Source: the human T2T-CHM13v2.0 reference genome, Homo sapiens
DNA: 64,000 nt
Direction: 5' to 3' (one strand)
NCBI RefSeq assembly: GCF_009914755.1
Contig: NC_060928.1
The position numbers and the translations under genes were made by a program. Each line of letters begins with the position of its first letter. Position 1 is the stretch's first letter. The notes beneath the pieces were generated by a model that was not told where the DNA came from, made no database searches, and saw only the letters and a list, made by a program, of their open reading frames with translations. Below, piece after piece: positions 56,730-64,000 of the stretch.

Positions 56730-56925
56730 AATTTTTTTTCTGTAAAGGGCAGTTAAAAATATTTGACACTTTGCAGGCCACCCTGTCTTTTGTCACAACT
56801 ACTCAGCACTGCTATTGTAGTGTGAAAGCAGTCACAGACAATACACAAATAAATGGATATGGTTGTGTTCCAATAAAACATTATTTGTGGCAGGCTGGAT
56901 TTTGCTTGTGGGCCATAGTTTTCAG
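56730..56925. mobile_element. MER58A-like hAT fossil
   Basis: ttttctgtaaagggc...tcacaactactcagc...ggttgtgttccaataaaac. Confidence 0.75.
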
Positions 56926-57036
56926 AGTGCCATTGAGGTTTTACCGTGACCTGAATTCCAGAACCTTGAATCTATGACCTAGCTATTTAATGTTTTTGAG
57001 CCTTAGTTTCCTTACATGAACAATGGAATCGCTTAT

Positions 57037-57465
57037 CTGTGTCAGAGATAGTTAGCTGTGTCCAAAAATTCATGCTCCCCTTTCCATAATGAAAGTTGTG
57101 CCTGAGAAGTGACTACCCTGCCAAAACTATCTTTCCTGCATTTTTCGTAGTTTATTACAAGTACAACCTTCTAGCCATGGGGATGTAAGCCCAGGTAATG
57201 GGTATCCTTCCCATGTTTCTCCATATCAACTCTCCTCCAGGAGTTTTTCTCCACTGGTTGTAATGGAGGTTACCTAAAAAATGACCTTGAATGTTACATT
57301 TTAAAAATGGAAGGCCTATGTTCTTTGGTCCCTCAGTGACTGCATGGAAGACAGGTGCCCAGCCTAACTATTTACTTATCCAAAAACACAATGTGAGCAA
57401 GACATAAACTTTCAATCCTTTTGAGTCATTACATCCTCTCAAGTCTAGTGCACTCTAAATAATAC
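57037..57465 (+). mobile_element. Old MLT1 LTR fragment
   Basis: ggtccctcagtgactgcatgga...atgtgagcaagacataaacttt. Confidence 0.45.
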
Positions 57466-59346
57466 TCTATGTTTAGAGTTGTAGTAAAGATTAGATAAAA
57501 CATGTAAAATGCCATACATGACACATGGGATAGTACTAAAAATATTAATTATACAGTTCCTTATTTTTTGTCATCCAACACTCTATTCTGCACTTTACAA
57601 TATTAGTTTACTCTGGGATGCTAATCTTATATCCATAATTTCACAAGGAATATTGTCCTCAATTTTTGAGTCAGCATGATATAATATTTAAAAAAGAAAG
57701 GCTTTGAAATTTGTTACATTGAGTTTTACTCCTGCATCTCCCCATCCCCCCAAATCCTTACACTTTAATTTAATTTCTATTAACCTTTATCTTATCATAT
57801 GTAAAATGATATTCAATAAATGACAGATGGCTATTATGTTTAGCTCTTCTATGTGCATTAACATCTGTCAAGGTTTCAGTAGAAGTCAGTAAATACTTAC
57901 TGAGTCATTCATTTATTTATCAATAATTCAACATCATGAAAGTTTTATACAGTATCTGAAAAACACTATCATATCTGTTTAATTCTTTTGTGATGTATTG
58001 TGGCAGTGTAACAGAAATGTCAGTTTTAAAAACAGCCAAGCATGAAATCAATGGAGAAAAATGATAACTTTGAGGTAGAAAACTTAGGTAGAGAGCTTCA
58101 TGGTCCTATACATACTAGCCATAAGACCACATTTTTGATAGTTGTTCTTATATAGTCTCCTAACTTCAATTTTCACATTCTTAACGTAGAGAAATCTGAT
58201 AGTTGTAGAGAAAATTAAAGCAAATGTACAACAAATTCTAACATAGAATCTGGTGCATGGTAGATGTTCAATAAATGATTTTTACCATTATTGTTATTAT
58301 TAAGGTTGAGTTACATATGCTTGAAAATAATCATTTTTAAGATTGGTCCTCATTATCACTATTCACAAAACTATACTGTGTGGCTGATATTTTCTAAATG
58401 CTGAATTCAAAGTCCTTGTTCTTGGAGTTGAAGCAATCCCATTGCAACATGCTAAACTTTGCAAGAGAGTAACAGGCTTGACTTGTACGTATTGGCTAAG
58501 TCCTTAAGATGATAAATGATTTTCATTAAAATTCACCGCACTGTATGTAAACCCAAATACTGTACACAGTTAAATATTCTGATAAATCAAAAGAGTCTAT
58601 GTGAAAGCTGAATACAAAATAGAGGTCATTTGAAAAGTGAGACTGGTTAATTAGTTTATTTGCATATATATTTAAACATTCTGTTTAGTTATCCATCAAG
58701 CAATCAAGGAAATGTAAATCACTGTTTCATGTTAGTTTTATATTATCAGACACTACACAACCCTGGCACTATGAAAGCCATAGATCATTACCAACAATAT
58801 TTATTGAACCATCACAGTCTGCATAGGAAAATAAATAACCCGCTGTGCCAATAATGTCAAGAGTCTCAAGAAAGTTCTTTCCTTCTTTCTGGATAGATCA
58901 AGGCCACATTTTTAACCTCCTCTCCTGCAGAGACACCAGACAAATCCTTAGTTCTAGTTTTTCATTCTTTCCACACTACAGGTCTCAGTGTCCATTTTCT
59001 TTTATGATACCTGTATCTAGAGTATCTAGCATCACTCTGATCTGTGTTTTATTTCCAGGGCTGTCATTCCTCCATTTTCCAAGCTCCAATTTTATCTTTT
59101 TCTTCATAACAATTGGCCATCACCTTAGCAGTTCCTATCTTCCAAACATCAGTCACACTGCTTCTTTATTGCCTCTGTCAACTTTCTTGGAAGGTCTTTA
59201 ACACTTTAACAACAATACTTCCAAAGTGGTCATTGCTAATCTTTACCTATGACATCCTATTTTCAGGAAATGTGTACATGAGTAGCAAATTCAAAAGCCT
59301 CTAGGACCAGAGTGAAGCCAGTTAGGGATCTTCTATTAACTCCCCT

Positions 59347-59482
59347 AAATCCTCTATTAGCTCTCCTAAAATAATTTCATATATGAACATATTCTTATTA
59401 TATCTACATATTTGATTGTTAGTTTCACTAGTTAAACATTCATAGGTTGGAAGTTATTTCCTCTCAGAATTTTTGAAGCACT
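59347..59482 (+). repeat. About 135-bp direct duplicate of 60504-60639
   Basis: Colinear match by eye; offset 1157 bp. Confidence 0.88.
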
Positions 59483-60503
59483 GCATTTTGCATATTATAC
59501 TTGGGAATACTATTCATTTGCACAAATATATATTGTCTGTTCTATTTTTCTAGAAAACATATTTTTCTAATCTTTATTCCTTGCCAATTAAATTATGTTT
59601 TTATTAACTTACATTTACATGTCTCAGGATGTCATTTATTACAAAAAATCGTCGTAAAGAAAAATAGTGTTTTTCTGTCCCAAATTTTTCACTCCTAATT
59701 CTTTTTCCCCCAAATAAAATACTTTTAGTAAATTTACCTGTTCCTTTTGAGATTTACATGTATATTTATTAAGAAGATTCTTATATTACCATTTTAATTA
59801 TTCTGTTTTCCATTAATATTCTATTCTGAAAGTGGAGTGTTCAGCTTTTCTACTCTTTCCCAGGATCTGCAGTCACATCTTCCATATATATTTTGAGCAA
59901 TGGTTTTCAAATAGCATGTATCAGAATCAGCTGGAAGGCCTAATGAAACATAGATCGTGGGCGTCATTCTTGGAGTTTCTGATTCAGTCCTTCTGCAGTG
60001 GGTCCCAATGGTTTGATTTCAAATCAGAGCAATGTTGTGATCACAGCTTCTCACGTGGTCCCAACACTAATATTCTGGGACACATTATGAACCACTGAAT
60101 TTTTGTTGAATCATTATTTATAAATGATGCGATTTGCTGTTGTTATTTTAATGACCCAAATATTATTCAGACTTGTGCCACACAGTGTACTGTAATTCTA
60201 TTTCTATTATTCTGCAATATTTTCTTATTCTTGTAGTTAATTTTTTTCTATATTTTTATTTCCAAACTCTCCAATAGAACTAACATTAATCAGTGTTCAA
60301 AGATATTCAATAATATAGCAATTTATTAAATATATTTATATTTGCCTTATTCCAGCTGCTGGCTCTTTAGACCTTTATCACAACTTTTTGTTCAAAACAC
60401 CCATGTTTTGAACAATTTTCCTTGCCTCTCTCATGGATCAGATCTTCTGTTTCCTGGGTTGTATTATTTGCTGTTTCAGTTTTTGCTTTCATTTTGCCAC
60501 AGA

Positions 60504-60639
60504 AAATCCTTTATTAGCTCCCCTAAAATTAGTTCATATTTGAATATGTTCTTATTATTTCTACATAATCGATTGCTAGTTTCACTAGTTATAAGTTCAT
60601 AGGTTGGAAATTATTTCCTCTTAGAATTTTTGAAGCACT
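60504..60639 (+). repeat. Second copy of the ~135-bp duplication, within an old L1M fragment
   Basis: cataggttggaaattatttcctcttagaatttttgaagcact, continuing into gtgttgctgttgagaa. Confidence 0.85.
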
Positions 60640-60724
60640 ACTTCATTTTCTTCAGCAACAGTGTTGCTGTTGAGAAACCCGATACCATTTTTATTATGGA
60701 AACTTTGTATATGGTGTGGCGGTG

Positions 60725-60725
<1 letters not shown>

Positions 60726-60782
<57 letters not shown>
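60726..60782. repeat. (TG)n microsatellite, long and uninterrupted
   Basis: Direct observation. Confidence 0.97.
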
Positions 60783-60788
<6 letters not shown>

Positions 60789-63459
60789 AGGGTGTTATAT
60801 CAGTGAAAAGTTCTGGCATTGTAAACCCAGGAAAAGTATGGCAGAGACTTATAGAGTTGTCAGATAAAAATAACATAAAATGGCAAAACCTCTAAGTTGC
60901 ATAAAAAGAAAATATATTTCCTGAGAGATGTACTATTTCTCTAGCAGAAGAGTATTGCTGGCTTTGCTTGTTTGTGTGCGTGCGTGTGTGTGTGCATGCA
61001 TGTGTGTGTGTGTGCTGGATGCCTTCCAATTCTCCAGACTCATGTCCCTTCAAGAAATATGTCCCTGATCCCCTGTAACCCCAGTGAAGCTGTTCATGAC
61101 AAAATCCTGTTACTACTTCTAGAATGGGTGAATGATTCATGCTGGCTGACGAAGCAGTGTTCCTATATACCAAATTTAGGAATGTGTACATGACCCCACA
61201 TGACCAATTTATTGGTGTGTAGAGATTAGAAGAAAGTCTTCTTTCGAATGGGTTTGAAAGATAGGGAGATTATGAAGTTCCTGCTGCTGTTTGTCAATAC
61301 GCTTATTACAGAGTCTTTCTGAGAAGAAAGCAAAATAGAGACAATCAAAGACAAAAATTCAGTTCTGATAACATATTTGAGTCACGGAATCCATTCCTGC
61401 CCTTCCTGATATATGACAACAAATTTCCCTTTTACTTAAATATGCAGATCATTTTCTGACAAGTTGGAATAGATAAAGCCTGGAAGAACGTGCTTTGCAT
61501 CCACTAGGTGGGTGAGTCATTTACGCCATTAAACAGAATATTTGATATACTTGAATTTTATACTTGTAAACAGCAAAATTGTAAAAGGATCAAAGTGGCT
61601 CTTAGTAGCATGTTCCAAATGTTTATTTATAATTCACAAAACTTTTCTAATACCTGTATAAAGTCAAAGCTGAACTGATAAGTGATGTGGTGTATGTGTA
61701 TGGTAAACTACGGAGGTTTTTAACAATTATTATTACTCTTGTAGTTGTTACTATAGTTTTTATTAATATTACTATAATTGTAATGCCGCTGATTTATTAG
61801 TCTTCATGCATTCCATTGGTTAGAGCTTATGAGATATTGATCAGTGTATCTATTGTCACGGTGCTTTATTGTACCATCATTTATTAATATGAATAATACC
61901 ATCATATAAAGCAAATTGTATAACAGACCATTATATTTCTGGAAAGTTTTATCATAACTATTCGCAATGCCACATGGACCCTATCGTTGCTATTATTCTG
62001 TTGAACATTTAATGCCTCTACTTTGTATGCCTTGCCTCTTATCCCCTTCAATCATAATCTCACTTTAATTGACTCTTCTCTAGCAAATACAAACATTATC
62101 TTCCTTACTCCCGGAATTAATAACTTCTCTGATGGCTTATCATTTTTTTGTTCTCCAGTGCACCTTTTCCAATTAAAATGGAAATTAAATGGAACTGAAT
62201 ACGACAACCAAAATCATACATGTAGCATATGGTGAATTTGGATTTCATTGAATGCTAAATAGAATTATTTATATGTGAAACTTTTTCTTACTTATTGTTT
62301 CCCATATATATAGAATTGTGGGAAATATATATATTATATATGCTATATTTATAAATATATATGTGTGTGTGTGTATAATGCCCACAAATATAGTATTGTG
62401 GAATATATATACATAATATATAAAAATATTTATATGGGAAACAATAACTAATATTGATAGACAGTATCTATCTACCTGCCTACTTGTGTGGGCATATAAG
62501 TAGGTAGTAGATAGAGAGATACTGGAAGGCTTATTATTTACTAACATTTTTTTTTCTCAACCTTAAATTTTCTATTCCATTTTAGCTGGCAATTTAATTT
62601 TTCTCTTGTTTACTTATATTTGTTTTTATGTGATGCAATCTTTCTTGTTTCAATAGAATTCTTAGTTCTACCACTTTTGTGTTTATTTAGCTTCACTTAT
62701 GACAACTCAAAGGCTGCTGAAGTATGCTTCATTTGATCTGCCAATGTCCTTCTCACTGCCCCAACAATTCCCCTCCTATGAACAGGATCTTATTGCCTAA
62801 TCTTTTGATATTCCTGTCCGCAGGATCAGTGAGGCTTTGACCCCTGAGCCAATCTTGACCAAGGAAAGATGAAGATAAACTACTTTAATATAGGCTTATA
62901 TACTTCCAGGCTGAATAGGGTACTAATAGTAGGTCATGCTACTGTATCTGGGAGGTCATTGACATCCCCTGAAGGTCCTCCCCATTTCCCTTACTTTCAC
63001 CTTGGTTAGAGGGCATATGAACCCAGAGTTGACTTTGGGACATTGCATTGCCTCCAGTGGCCAATTTTATAGCCTAGAACTTTAACATTTTCTTTTCTAC
63101 ATTTCAAAATAACTTTTGCTCTAACCCATTCACCTTTATATATCCATTATTACTTTTTACTTATTTTTATTTGAAAAAAGTAATTTATGGGCATTATTAA
63201 TAAAATGAAAATATAGACATGGAAAAAGAATACATTAAAATCACCAGTAGTTCCAGTATATGAAAGAAACATTATTTAACATTTTGGGGGATATTCTCTC
63301 CCTTTTAAAAAAACTTTATGTCCCTAAAATTTGTGGCATACAATTTAAAAAGAATAATAATTTAAAAATTCAGTTTATACAGCATATAATTTTTAGTTAA
63401 TGGCTTTCATCTTTTCATAATATATTATGAATATTATCTTGAATCAAAGAATAATCTCC

Positions 63460-64000
<541 letters not shown>

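Overview
Repeat-dense, AT-rich primate (almost certainly human) intergenic or intronic DNA. I can support no host protein-coding exon; nearly every long ORF in the track is retroelement-derived. Main contents: (1) a full-length, young L1HS-Ta element on the - strand (26391-32475) with a 15-bp TSD, intact ORF1 and ORF0, and an ORF2 broken by one extra A; (2) a full-length decayed L1PA7-like element on + (about 8396-15303) with a solo LTR22-like (HML-5) LTR in its ORF2; (3) a nested ERV cluster (LTR8 / HERV-L integrase-dUTPase / MLT2 / L1PA15-16 / MER61) at 36.1-39.8 kb; (4) many MaLR LTRs, Alus, MIR/L2 and DNA-transposon fossils. The most unusual signal is at 5870-6080, where one TSD-flanked insertion holds a short L1 3' end joined head-to-head to a tRNA-Pro(AGG) 5' half. 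This looks like twin priming on two different RNAs. A near-identical inverted copy of the same L1 piece, with the same truncation point, tail signature and 3' flank, lies 3 kb upstream (2679-2834). Family and subfamily names come from my recall of consensus sequences, not from a database search, and boundaries of old repeats are approximate.
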